From: Candidatus Eiseniibacteriota bacterium
GTDB taxonomy: Bacteria; Orphanbacterota; Orphanbacteria; Orphanbacterales; Orphanbacteraceae
Length of the DNA: 64,000 bases
Assembly (NCBI GenBank): GCA_029262235.1
Contig: JAJCZU010000004.1
Location: 991,231-1,055,230 of the forward strand
Direction of reading: 5' to 3'
In this document: positions 10,593 to 19,007 of the stretch, in pieces
Layout of the letters: each line of letters begins with the position of its first letter
Position numbering within the stretch: position 1 is the first letter of the stretch
Program-made: the position numbers and the translations under genes
The notes under the pieces: generated by a model
Told to the model about the DNA's origin: nothing
The model's database searches: none
What the model saw: only the letters and a program-made list of their open reading frames with translations

Positions 10593-11309
10593 ATGATCGG
10601 GAGCGGGAGACGAACTACGCTGGCTGCGTTTGCAGCCGCTCTCGCGATTTTCGGCTGCGTGGAAGAAACGGAGTGGACCGCGATGCGCGAACGAATGGTA
10701 AGCGATCAGATCGTGCGGCGCGGCGTCACGAATCCCGCCGTGCTCGATGCCGTGCGCGCCGTTCCGCGCCACGCGTTCGTTCCCGAAGCGTATCGCAGCG
10801 AAGCCTACGACGATCATCCGCTTCCGATCGGCGAAGGGCAGACGATTTCGCAGCCCTATATCGTTGCGCTCATGACCGAGCTTCTCGATCTGAAACCGGG
10901 TGACCGCGTGCTCGAAGTGGGAACGGGGTCCGGGTATCAGGCGGCCGTGCTGGCCGAACTCGTGACCTCCGTCTTCAGCATCGAAATCGTCGAACCGCTC
11001 GCGAAAGAGTCGGCCGCGCGGCTTGCGGCGCTCGGCTACAAGAATGTCACGGTGCGAGCGGGGGACGGATATCGCGGGTGGCCGGAAGAGGCGCCGTTCG
11101 ACGCCATTATCGTGACGGCCGCGCCCGGGCACGTGCCGAAACCGTTGACGGAGCAGTTGAAAGACGGTGGCGTGCTCGTCATTCCTGTCGGCGACGAAGA
11201 ACAGTCGCTGCTCCGCATCACGCGGACCGGAAATGCGTTGAAACGGGAGAGCGTGATTCCCGTGCGCTTCGTGCCGATGACCGGCGAGGCCGAACGCGGC
11301 GAGAAGTAG
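10593..11309 (+). CDS. pcm: Protein-L-isoaspartate O-methyltransferase
   Basis: [12 protein letters not shown] and [19 protein letters not shown]-binding motifs. The N-terminal 30 residues form a lipoprotein-like signal (LAIFGC). AGGAG lies 5 nt upstream of the ATG at 10593. The track ORF begins at GTG 10587. Confidence 0.85.
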   Translation: MIGSGRRTTLAAFAAALAIFGCVEETEWTAMRERMVSDQIVRRGVTNPAVLDAVRAVPRHAFVPEAYRSEAYDDHPLPIGEGQTISQPYIVALMTELLDLKPGDRVLEVGTGSGYQAAVLAELVTSVFSIEIVEPLAKESAARLAALGYKNVTVRAGDGYRGWPEEAPFDAIIVTAAPGHVPKPLTEQLKDGGVLVIPVGDEEQSLLRITRTGNALKRESVIPVRFVPMTGEAERGEK

Positions 11310-11367
11310 AAGACCGGTCGGCTCCCGTGTTTTTCACCTACACTTCACTCTTTTTCGCTGCACTTCG

Positions 11368-14121
11368 CTACTGAAACGTGTTCTCGCGCAGCAGCCGATA
11401 CTCGTTGGCATCCTTCTCGACGCCTTTCGCGACCGACCATTCCGCTGCCGTGTCGTAGAGCATCCACCGGACTTCTGCCGGGTACTCGTGAATCGGCCGC
11501 CATTCCACTTTATCCGCAAGATAGGTAAAGGAGGGGGGCGCGCCCTTGCGAACGGCGCTCAGCACCGGGTTCAGAAGCGCGCCGCAACCGGTAACATCGC
11601 CGCGCGCGAGCCGCGTGCGCGCCAGCAGAATCGTCGCGAGGTCGTTGTAGTCCGCGATGGCGCGCGCGTCTTCGAGCGCACGCACCGCCCCTTCCAGGTC
11701 GTTTCCGAACAGCGCAAGCAGGCCGGCCGTGCATTCGACTTCCGCGTTCTGGGGGTCGATGAGGCGCGCTTCGTCGATCTGTTTCGACGCGTCCTCGAGA
11801 CGGCCTTCGCGAATCAGATAGCGGGCGTAATCGGAGCGGAGTTCGGGAATCCCGTTTCGCCGCTTGAGCGCCTGCATGAAGTAGTCGTCCGCTTCTTCTT
11901 TTCGCCCGTTGAATCCGAATGTGAGGCCCACGCCCCAGAGCGCCCCCGGGTGATCCGACTGGTAAGCAAGCACGCGTTCGTACGCTGCGGCGGCGGGCTT
12001 CAACTGACCGTCGCGCAGGTACGCGTTTCCGAGCGCGTGATCGATGTCGTAACGCTCGTTCGCGTCAACGGCAGCGGCGCCCTCTTCGAGCACCGCGATC
12101 GGGGCCTTGCGGTCGCCCGTCCTGTGAAAGACGGTCTGCGCGAGGCGGATCCAGGGGCCGGCAACGGCCGGGTGCTTGTCGACGGCAAACTGGGCCGCGC
12201 GCACGGCGGCTTCATTCTCGCCGAGAACCGAACGCGTGTACGCCATGCCGGTCCAGGCACCTTCGTCATCGGGAGAACGCGCGATCGCCTTGTCGAGCAG
12301 TGCGAGCGCTTCGTCAGGCTCCCCGTTTTCGAGTTTGTCCATGGCGGCTACCACGAGCGCCGGTGCGAAATACTTGGCAACCGAAGTATCCGTCAACACC
12401 TCTTCCAGAAGCGCGAGCAGTTGAGGGTCGAACTGTTCGAGTCTTTCGCGCACGATCTCGCGCGTATCGTATTCGTCGCGCTTCGGGCTGAAGTACGAAT
12501 TGATCCCCTCTGCGAAGTACTCCCAGACGCTCGAGCCCTGATAGCGTGAAACAAACGTCTTCCGGCCGGCCTCTTCCTGTTCTTTGGCGCGCGCGTACTC
12601 TTCCTGAATCCGCCGCTTCTCCTCGGGAGTCAGAACGTAGTGCACCTGATGGGAGAGTTCGTGCAGCACGGTGTTGTACTTCTGATAGATCGTGCGCTCG
12701 ACGTCCTCGACACCCGTTACCGTGTTGAAGCCGCCGCACCCGCGCACGTCGTCCCACAGGCGCGAGTCGTACGAGATCCGCTGGTCGGCGAGCTCTTCGA
12801 GAAATGGCGACTCCGAAAGCCGCTCATGAAGCGGTTTGATGTAGTACGTGGCGCCCGCCTCGTTCAGCACGGGTATAAAACGCGCCCACTGCGTCATCGA
12901 AAGCGCCACCCGTTTCTGGTGGCGTTCGCTCAGCGCGTCCCAGTTCAGCACGAACTGCTCGACCCCCGGAATCACGGGGAGAGCGGACAGGTCGAGTTTG
13001 CGTTGATACAGATCGCGGTTCACGTTGACGCGGAGCTTCTTCCACTCCATCGCCTTCGCGAACGCGTTGTGTGCCCGGCCGTAGTCGGGGCAGATGTGCA
13101 GCGCCTGCTGAAAATGCGCGATCGCCGAGTCGGCCTGACCGCGTTCCCACGCGATGACGCCGAGGAGCAGATCCGAGTCGACGAGATCCGGGAACGCCCG
13201 GCGCACGTTGCGCAGCATCGCTTCCGCCTGATCGCGCTTACCCTGCTTCATGAGGTTCCGCGATTCCCTGAGATACGCTTCGCCCTCGGCATCCTGGAAC
13301 GCGCCGGGATACGCTTCTTCGATCTCCGAGTAGTTGTAGTCGGTGTAACCGTTCCCGAGCAGATAGTGCGAGGCCTCGTGATACGGATCCAGTCGCAGCG
13401 CTTCCTTCCCGATCGCGATCGCCTCGCTCACTTCGCCGAGGCGAATCAGCACGAGCGTGACGGCGTAAAGCAGATCCGGCGTGGGCGGGGCTTCGCCGAG
13501 AGCGTGCGTCAGCAGGTCCGCGGCGGCCTCGTAATCGTTTTCGCGATACGAAATGTTCGCGAGGCCGAGCAATGCGCGCGCCCGGTCTTCCGGACTGTGC
13601 GTGATCGCGAGCAGCCGGTCGTAGTCCGCTTTGGCGTCGTCGTACCGGAGCGTCTGATAGGCGAGCGACCCCCGCCCGAATAGGCCTGCGATCGCGTCTT
13701 CGTCCTCGGCGAGAAGCCGCGTCACCATGCTGTCGACACGGGGCAGATTCTCCTGCGCGTTCCAGAGACGAATGCGCAGCCTGGCCAGCGCGTCCTGGTC
13801 GGCGCCCCCCGCTTCGGCCATGCGGATCTCCCGCTCGGCGTCTTCGAAGTTGTACATCGTCAAGTGAATGTCTGCCCAGAGAAGCGCCGTCCGCGCCGGA
13901 TCCTCGTCCGCCAGGCGTTCTTCCGCAATCAGCGCGACCGCCTGCGGAATGCGCCCGAGCGACACGAGATCTTCGGCCCGATCAAGCCCCTCGTTCCCTT
14001 CACGTTCGAGATCTTCGATTCGCTGCATGCGGCTGTCGCGTACTTTGTCCAGAAACCGTGTGTCGGCGCTGCTTTCCGACACGAGAAAAAATATCGCCGC
14101 CAGGGCGAACACAAGGCGCAT
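11368..14121 (-). CDS. Secreted TPR-repeat protein (917 aa) with an embedded zincin-like domain (HELSH ... EYFAEG, MtfA/peptidase M90-like)
   Basis: Signal peptide MRLVFALAAIFFLVSESSA. Many TPR-like helical repeats. A central VLHELSHQVH motif with WEYFAEGINSYF about 36 residues downstream. Confidence 0.7.
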   Translation of the reverse strand: MRLVFALAAIFFLVSESSADTRFLDKVRDSRMQRIEDLEREGNEGLDRAEDLVSLGRIPQAVALIAEERLADEDPARTALLWADIHLTMYNFEDAEREIRMAEAGGADQDALARLRIRLWNAQENLPRVDSMVTRLLAEDEDAIAGLFGRGSLAYQTLRYDDAKADYDRLLAITHSPEDRARALLGLANISYRENDYEAAADLLTHALGEAPPTPDLLYAVTLVLIRLGEVSEAIAIGKEALRLDPYHEASHYLLGNGYTDYNYSEIEEAYPGAFQDAEGEAYLRESRNLMKQGKRDQAEAMLRNVRRAFPDLVDSDLLLGVIAWERGQADSAIAHFQQALHICPDYGRAHNAFAKAMEWKKLRVNVNRDLYQRKLDLSALPVIPGVEQFVLNWDALSERHQKRVALSMTQWARFIPVLNEAGATYYIKPLHERLSESPFLEELADQRISYDSRLWDDVRGCGGFNTVTGVEDVERTIYQKYNTVLHELSHQVHYVLTPEEKRRIQEEYARAKEQEEAGRKTFVSRYQGSSVWEYFAEGINSYFSPKRDEYDTREIVRERLEQFDPQLLALLEEVLTDTSVAKYFAPALVVAAMDKLENGEPDEALALLDKAIARSPDDEGAWTGMAYTRSVLGENEAAVRAAQFAVDKHPAVAGPWIRLAQTVFHRTGDRKAPIAVLEEGAAAVDANERYDIDHALGNAYLRDGQLKPAAAAYERVLAYQSDHPGALWGVGLTFGFNGRKEEADDYFMQALKRRNGIPELRSDYARYLIREGRLEDASKQIDEARLIDPQNAEVECTAGLLALFGNDLEGAVRALEDARAIADYNDLATILLARTRLARGDVTGCGALLNPVLSAVRKGAPPSFTYLADKVEWRPIHEYPAEVRWMLYDTAAEWSVAKGVEKDANEYRLLRENTFQ

Positions 14122-14185
14122 GGGTGTTCCTTTCAGAATTCAAAACCGATTGCAGGACGGGGCTGTGCCGCCGGTCTGCCGTTCC

Positions 14186-16066
14186 CTACCGTTTTGCGGC
14201 GGACCGCATCAACAGGAAAACAACTACCCCAAAGAGGGCGACGGAGACAAGGGAGGAATCGAGAACCGGAATCGGAAGTGCCACATTAAAGAAGATGAGC
14301 GTCGCCAGAACGACACCCGTAATCGCCTCGCCCGCGACGAGGCCGCTCGAGAAAAGCACGCCGCGACTTTGCGCGTCTTTCGCCTTTTCGCCGCCGCCCG
14401 CCGCCCGCGCCACGAGCATGCTGGCGATCCCGCCGACGAGGATCGGTACCGAGAGCGAAAGCGGCAGGTAGATCCCGACCGCGACCGGCATGATGTGCAT
14501 CCGGAACGCCGCGCCCGCGCGCAGCAGGAACTGATCGATCACGATGATCGTAATGCCGATGCCCGCGCCCCAGTAGATCATGTTCCACGGCAGCGTGCCC
14601 CCGTGGAACATCGTGCTTGTAAGGCTCGCGAAAAGCGTGGCCTGCGGCGCACGCAGCTGGTCGCCGATGCCGTACGCTTCATGCAGCACGATCAGAATCG
14701 GCGCGATGATGAACGCCGGCACGACAACGCCCAGAACCTGCATCCACTGCTGTTTTACGGGCGTGGCGCCGACCAGGTAGCCCGTCTTGAGATCCTGCGA
14801 AACGTCCCCCGCCGTGCACGCCGCGCAGCAGACGACCCCCGCGATCCCGAGCACCGCAATGATCCCCGTCATCCCGCTGAGACCGAGAAGCAGCAGGAGG
14901 CCGCTCGCGAAAAGCACCGTGCAGATCGTCATGCCCGACACCGGATTGTTCGAACTTCCGACGAGGCCCACGATGTAACTCGACACGGCGACGAAGAAGA
15001 AAGCGGCGATCGTCATGATGAGCCCGGCCGAGATACCCACGAACGCGCCGCCCGCGAGGTGAATGTAGAGTCCGAAGATGAACGGCAGCAGAAGCACGAG
15101 AATGAGGCTGAGCGTCTTCATCGACATGTCGCGATCGGTGCGCGCGATGCTCGCGTCGTGGCCGGCCTGGTATCCGCCGATGCCGCCCGCGATCCCTTTG
15201 CGAATGCCGTGGCGCACGCTCCAGATCGACCAGAGTCCGCCGATGACCATCGCGCCGACGCCCATGTAGCGGATCTGCGCGTTCCAGACATTCCCGGCGT
15301 GCGCGACATAGTCCGTGACACCTTCGAGTCCGGTCGCGCTCACGTAGATCGGGATCGCGATCACCCAGCCGATCAGCCCGCCCATGCAGACGAGCGCGGC
15401 GATGTTCGGCCCCACGATGAAACCGACGCCGAGAAGGGCGGGGGAGAGATCGCTCCCGAAGTAGAAGATCGAGTTGCCGGCGCGCGTCGCCCATTCCACC
15501 GCCCCTTTGATGACCGCAACGCCGCCGATCAGCGACTTGAAGCCCGCGCCGATCAGCATCGCGGCCAGGATCGCCTTCATGCCCGAGCCGCCTTTTTCGC
15601 CGGCCTCGAGCACTTCCGCGCACGCACGCCCTTCCGGGTAGATGAGCTCTTTCTCTTCTACGATCAGCGCGCGACGCAGCGGGATCATGAACAGAACGCC
15701 GAGAAGCCCGCCGAAGATGCCGATCAGCGTGACCGGCCAGTAATGGAAGTTATGCCATGCGCCGGTCAGCACGAGGGCGGGCACGGTAAAGATGATACCG
15801 GCCGCGACGGACTCGCCTGCCGAAGCGATGGTCTGCACGATATTGTTTTCGAGAATGGTGCCGCGTTTCAGAATGCCGCGAAGAATGCCCATCGAGATGA
15901 CGGCGGCGGGGATCGATGCGGAGACGGTCATGCCGGCGTAAAGGCCGAGGTACGTATTGGCGGCCGTCATGACGACGCCGATCAGGAGTCCGATTCCGAT
16001 CGCGAGCGCGGTTGTTTCCGCGATGTTCCTGCTGGCGGCTACGTACGGCTTGAATTCCGAACTCAA
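14186..16066 (-). CDS. OPT family oligopeptide transporter
   Basis: 626-aa polytopic membrane protein with an N-terminus and glycine-rich TM pattern characteristic of OPT-superfamily transporters. Confidence 0.8.
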   Translation of the reverse strand: MSSEFKPYVAASRNIAETTALAIGIGLLIGVVMTAANTYLGLYAGMTVSASIPAAVISMGILRGILKRGTILENNIVQTIASAGESVAAGIIFTVPALVLTGAWHNFHYWPVTLIGIFGGLLGVLFMIPLRRALIVEEKELIYPEGRACAEVLEAGEKGGSGMKAILAAMLIGAGFKSLIGGVAVIKGAVEWATRAGNSIFYFGSDLSPALLGVGFIVGPNIAALVCMGGLIGWVIAIPIYVSATGLEGVTDYVAHAGNVWNAQIRYMGVGAMVIGGLWSIWSVRHGIRKGIAGGIGGYQAGHDASIARTDRDMSMKTLSLILVLLLPFIFGLYIHLAGGAFVGISAGLIMTIAAFFFVAVSSYIVGLVGSSNNPVSGMTICTVLFASGLLLLLGLSGMTGIIAVLGIAGVVCCAACTAGDVSQDLKTGYLVGATPVKQQWMQVLGVVVPAFIIAPILIVLHEAYGIGDQLRAPQATLFASLTSTMFHGGTLPWNMIYWGAGIGITIIVIDQFLLRAGAAFRMHIMPVAVGIYLPLSLSVPILVGGIASMLVARAAGGGEKAKDAQSRGVLFSSGLVAGEAITGVVLATLIFFNVALPIPVLDSSLVSVALFGVVVFLLMRSAAKR

Positions 16067-16140
16067 TCGATCCCCCCGATGCTTAGTGACGCATGAAGTT
16101 TCTATATTCCGCGATCACGGGCCGGAAGTGAACTGTTTTC

Positions 16141-16330
16141 TCGAAAATGGGGGGCGCTTCCCCTCGCCCCTGCGAGGAGACCGGATTCCCCTCGCCCCTC
16201 GCCCGGGGCGGTCCGGCCACGGGACTCGGGGCTCGGTGAACCGGTCTCTCTCGCGCGAGGGAGGGGAACGGGGAGGGGGAAAAGAAGGTGGTGGGGTGGA
16301 GCGAGAAGAAGGGGAGTGTGCGTGTGGTAG
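16141..16330 (-). repeat. Composite intergenic repeat, copy A: conserved ~64-bp GC-rich module (16176..16239) plus adjacent homopurine GA-rich tract (about 16246..16320 on the + strand)
   Basis: The 64-mer is the reverse complement of 18913..18976 with ~1 mismatch. The adjacent tract is the complement-type of the CT-rich tract of copy B. Lies in the divergent OPT/M4-protease intergenic region. Confidence 0.8.
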
Positions 16331-16374
16331 AATTGGGGGGCGAAAGCGATTTGGGTTCCGTGCGATTGCGCGGA

Positions 16375-18780
16375 ATGTACTCTACGTCCCCGGAGGCTGA
16401 AACGTTGTCTTGCCGTTCGACGCTCTTGATCGCCGCCATGATCATGCTGGCAGGCGCTGTGCCCGTGCGGGCTGACGTCATCGTCTATCGGAGCGAGTCG
16501 ACGGATCGCGCGACGACGCTCCGCGTGCCCGGCACCTCGACGAAGGTGGCGCAGAAGGCCGCGATCAGCGCGGTCGACGCGCGCGCGATCGCGGATGCGT
16601 TTCTCGCCGAGCACGGCGCGGTCGCCGGGCTCACGGACGCCGCCGGCCAGCTCGCGCATGTCGAGACGCGACAGGACGAACTCGGCCTCTCCCACGTGAT
16701 CTACCACCAGTATCATCGCGGGCTCCCCGTTCGAAACGCCAGCGTGCGTGTGCATCTGAACCAGACCGGCGATGTCTATCTCGCGACGCTGAAGGTCGTG
16801 ACGGATCTCCCGTTTGACGTAGTCGCGCGCGCCCCCGCAGATCAGGCGCGCGAGACCGCCGAAGACGCCGCCCGCGATCTGCTCCCCCAGTTCGCTGACA
16901 TTGCCGCCGAGATCGAAACGCCGGAGCTCGTGCTGCTGCCGCTCGGCCTCAGTCGCAACGAAGCAGCCGACGACACACGACTCGCATGGGAAACACACGT
17001 GACGTTTCCGAAGTGCGCGGATGGCGAGTGCCCGACGTTCGGAGCTCACGTCGCGATCGACGCGAAGAGTGGAAGCGTTCTCTACACATTGCGTGACTGG
17101 GAGGGGCTCGACCGCCGAGTGTATGACTGTTCGAAGGACGTCGGCGACGTGAACTGCTACATCGATTCCCCTGGAATCAGCGGTTATGTCCACGGCCGCA
17201 GCGAGGGGATGCCCGTTCGCGGACCGCACAACAATCCCGCCCTACCTCAGTTCGGCAGCACGGATGTGGACTACATGTATGACATCGCCTCTACCATGCA
17301 CGGTTTTGTTCAAACGAGTTTTGGAATCAACGGGGCGAACAACCAGGGTGGGGCTAGAAACGTGCCTCAAGAAGAGCACCAATCAAGATACTACGTTCAT
17401 TCCGAAGGATGGAATGGGCTATTGGACCCATATTGCCCCGGGGGAGCCTGGAATTCTTCTACGAACTCAATCGTGCTTTGCAATGGCGAAATCTATGATG
17501 ATGTTCTTGCACACGAGTATGGACACTCCATCGTTGACTGGTCCTTCACTTCGGGTGGTGTCGCCCTTGGCACAAATTCGTCAAATCCGCATACGCGTGC
17601 TCTGGAGGAGTCTCATTCGGACATCGTGGGTGAAGCATTTGAATTTAACCAAACCGGCGCGCTTGATTGGATGGCGGGCGGCGCCGTTGTTGACGGTCCC
17701 TGGCGTGATCTAATCGCGCCCCATGATTTCATTGATGAGCATGGTTTTCGTTATGCGCAACGGTTCTATGATCAATACTTCGATTGCGATCAAGGGGTCG
17801 GATCGGGTGGCTTCTACTCGAACTCCACCGTCTACTCGCACGCCATGTACCTCGCGTCCGAAGGCGGCGAGATGAACGGATGCGAGATCACGGGGCAGGG
17901 AATCGATTTCGTAACGCAAGTCTATCATCGCGCCTGGCGTGTCTACTTCAGCTCCAGTCAGAACTTCGACACCGCCGATGACAGACTCCTGCAAGCATGC
18001 AGCGATCTCTACGACTCGACGGCGTGCGGGGAACTCGCGAAGGCGCTGCAGGCTGTCGAAGCGGATCAGCTCGGCATCTGCGACGATCCGCAGGGGGCGG
18101 CGGGCGAGAGCGCCCCGGCGTGTGCGGTGGCTCACGGCGGCACGGCGCAGACGACGCAGGCCGACGCGACGCCGAGCGCCAGCTTCCAGGCGGGCGAGCC
18201 GGTCTGGCTGGCACTCGCGTCGGGAACGCCGAACCGCACCGTTGACTTCGTGCTCGCGCCGCACGACTCCGCGCGCCCGATCTGGGACGATCTGGACGCG
18301 CAGGCGCTCGACACGTCTTCGGGCACGCTCGACTCGACCGGCGCGCTGACGGCGTACTTCTTCACGCCGACGACCGAAGACACGTTCGACGTGATCGTCG
18401 ATGGCAATCAGGACGGCGACTACCAGCCGTGGGCCGACGAGACGATGACGATCATCGTCTCAGGCTTCGCGACCGATGTCCCCGAAGGCGCGGTCCCGAG
18501 CGCACGGGTTCTAGTGTCCGTTCGCCCGAACCCGTTCAACCCGACGACGAACTTCTCGCTGCGACTGCGCGAGACTTCGCGCCTGCGACTCACGATCTAC
18601 GACACCGCCGGCCGCGCGGTCCGCACGCTCGCGCGTGAATCCGCACTCGCCCCCGGCGACTACGATTTCACCTGGGACGGCACGGGCGACTCCGGCGCAC
18701 CCGTCGCGTCCGGGCTCTATCTCTACCGCATCGAAACCGCCCGCGGCTCCGAGTTCGGCAAAATCACGCTCGTGAAATAG
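16375..18780 (+). CDS. Secreted M4 (thermolysin-like) zinc metallopeptidase with FTP/PepSY-type propeptide and a Por/T9SS-type C-terminal sorting domain
   Basis: Signal peptide after MYSTSPE. VLAHEYGHSIVDW (HEXXH) plus ALEESHSDIVGE (third zinc ligand E-x-x-x-D of M4/M36). C-terminal ~80 aa (NPFNPTTNF...LTIYDTAGRAVRTL...SGLYLYRIETARGSEFGKITLVK) matches the T9SS CTD / FlgD-Ig-like pattern. Confidence 0.8.
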   Translation: MYSTSPEAETLSCRSTLLIAAMIMLAGAVPVRADVIVYRSESTDRATTLRVPGTSTKVAQKAAISAVDARAIADAFLAEHGAVAGLTDAAGQLAHVETRQDELGLSHVIYHQYHRGLPVRNASVRVHLNQTGDVYLATLKVVTDLPFDVVARAPADQARETAEDAARDLLPQFADIAAEIETPELVLLPLGLSRNEAADDTRLAWETHVTFPKCADGECPTFGAHVAIDAKSGSVLYTLRDWEGLDRRVYDCSKDVGDVNCYIDSPGISGYVHGRSEGMPVRGPHNNPALPQFGSTDVDYMYDIASTMHGFVQTSFGINGANNQGGARNVPQEEHQSRYYVHSEGWNGLLDPYCPGGAWNSSTNSIVLCNGEIYDDVLAHEYGHSIVDWSFTSGGVALGTNSSNPHTRALEESHSDIVGEAFEFNQTGALDWMAGGAVVDGPWRDLIAPHDFIDEHGFRYAQRFYDQYFDCDQGVGSGGFYSNSTVYSHAMYLASEGGEMNGCEITGQGIDFVTQVYHRAWRVYFSSSQNFDTADDRLLQACSDLYDSTACGELAKALQAVEADQLGICDDPQGAAGESAPACAVAHGGTAQTTQADATPSASFQAGEPVWLALASGTPNRTVDFVLAPHDSARPIWDDLDAQALDTSSGTLDSTGALTAYFFTPTTEDTFDVIVDGNQDGDYQPWADETMTIIVSGFATDVPEGAVPSARVLVSVRPNPFNPTTNFSLRLRETSRLRLTIYDTAGRAVRTLARESALAPGDYDFTWDGTGDSGAPVASGLYLYRIETARGSEFGKITLVK

Positions 18781-18784
18781 AAAA

Positions 18785-18990
18785 GAGACGGCATCCCGTC
18801 CCTCTTCTCTTCTCTTCTCTTCTCTTTTTCTTTTCTCTTCTTCTTCTTTCTTCTCTTCTCGCTTCTTCCTCTTTATCCCCTTCGTTCCCTTCCCCTCTTC
18901 ACGCGGCGAACAGACCGGTTCCCCGAGCCCCGAGTCCCGTGGCCGGACCGCCCCGGGCGAGGGGCGAGGGGAATCTGGTCCTGTCGCCGC
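18785..18990 (+). repeat. Composite intergenic repeat, copy B: homopyrimidine CT-rich tract (about 18796..18900) followed by the conserved 64-bp GC-rich module (18913..18976)
   Basis: Direct sequence comparison with 16176..16239 shows a near-identical inverted copy. Lies between the 3' ends of the M4 protease and ECF sigma genes. Confidence 0.8.
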
Positions 18991-19007
18991 CCCAAGAGGG
19001 GATTTCG

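Noticed and set aside
13868-16096. 742-aa + strand ORF (and similar long ORFs at 5499..6599, 12640..13683, 16102..17229, 20354..21535, 32489..34822, 45126..46577, 48947..50419 and 51662..53236) lying antisense to well-supported genes
   Set aside because: They are extremely R/D/H/E-rich with no motifs. They are exact antisense shadows of genes with clear family signatures, which is expected in ~68% GC DNA with strong third-position GC bias.
16141-18990. Inverted-repeat-flanked segment as a transposon
   Set aside because: No transposase, integrase or recombinase is encoded between or near the repeats (only the M4 protease), and no target-site duplication could be recognised. It is kept as a repeat or recombination hypothesis rather than called a mobile element.
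18785-19000. Possible CRISPR array, given the repetitive CT-rich sequence
   Set aside because: There are no regularly spaced identical direct repeats with unique spacers. The sequence is a degenerate microsatellite-like tract, and no cas genes are nearby.
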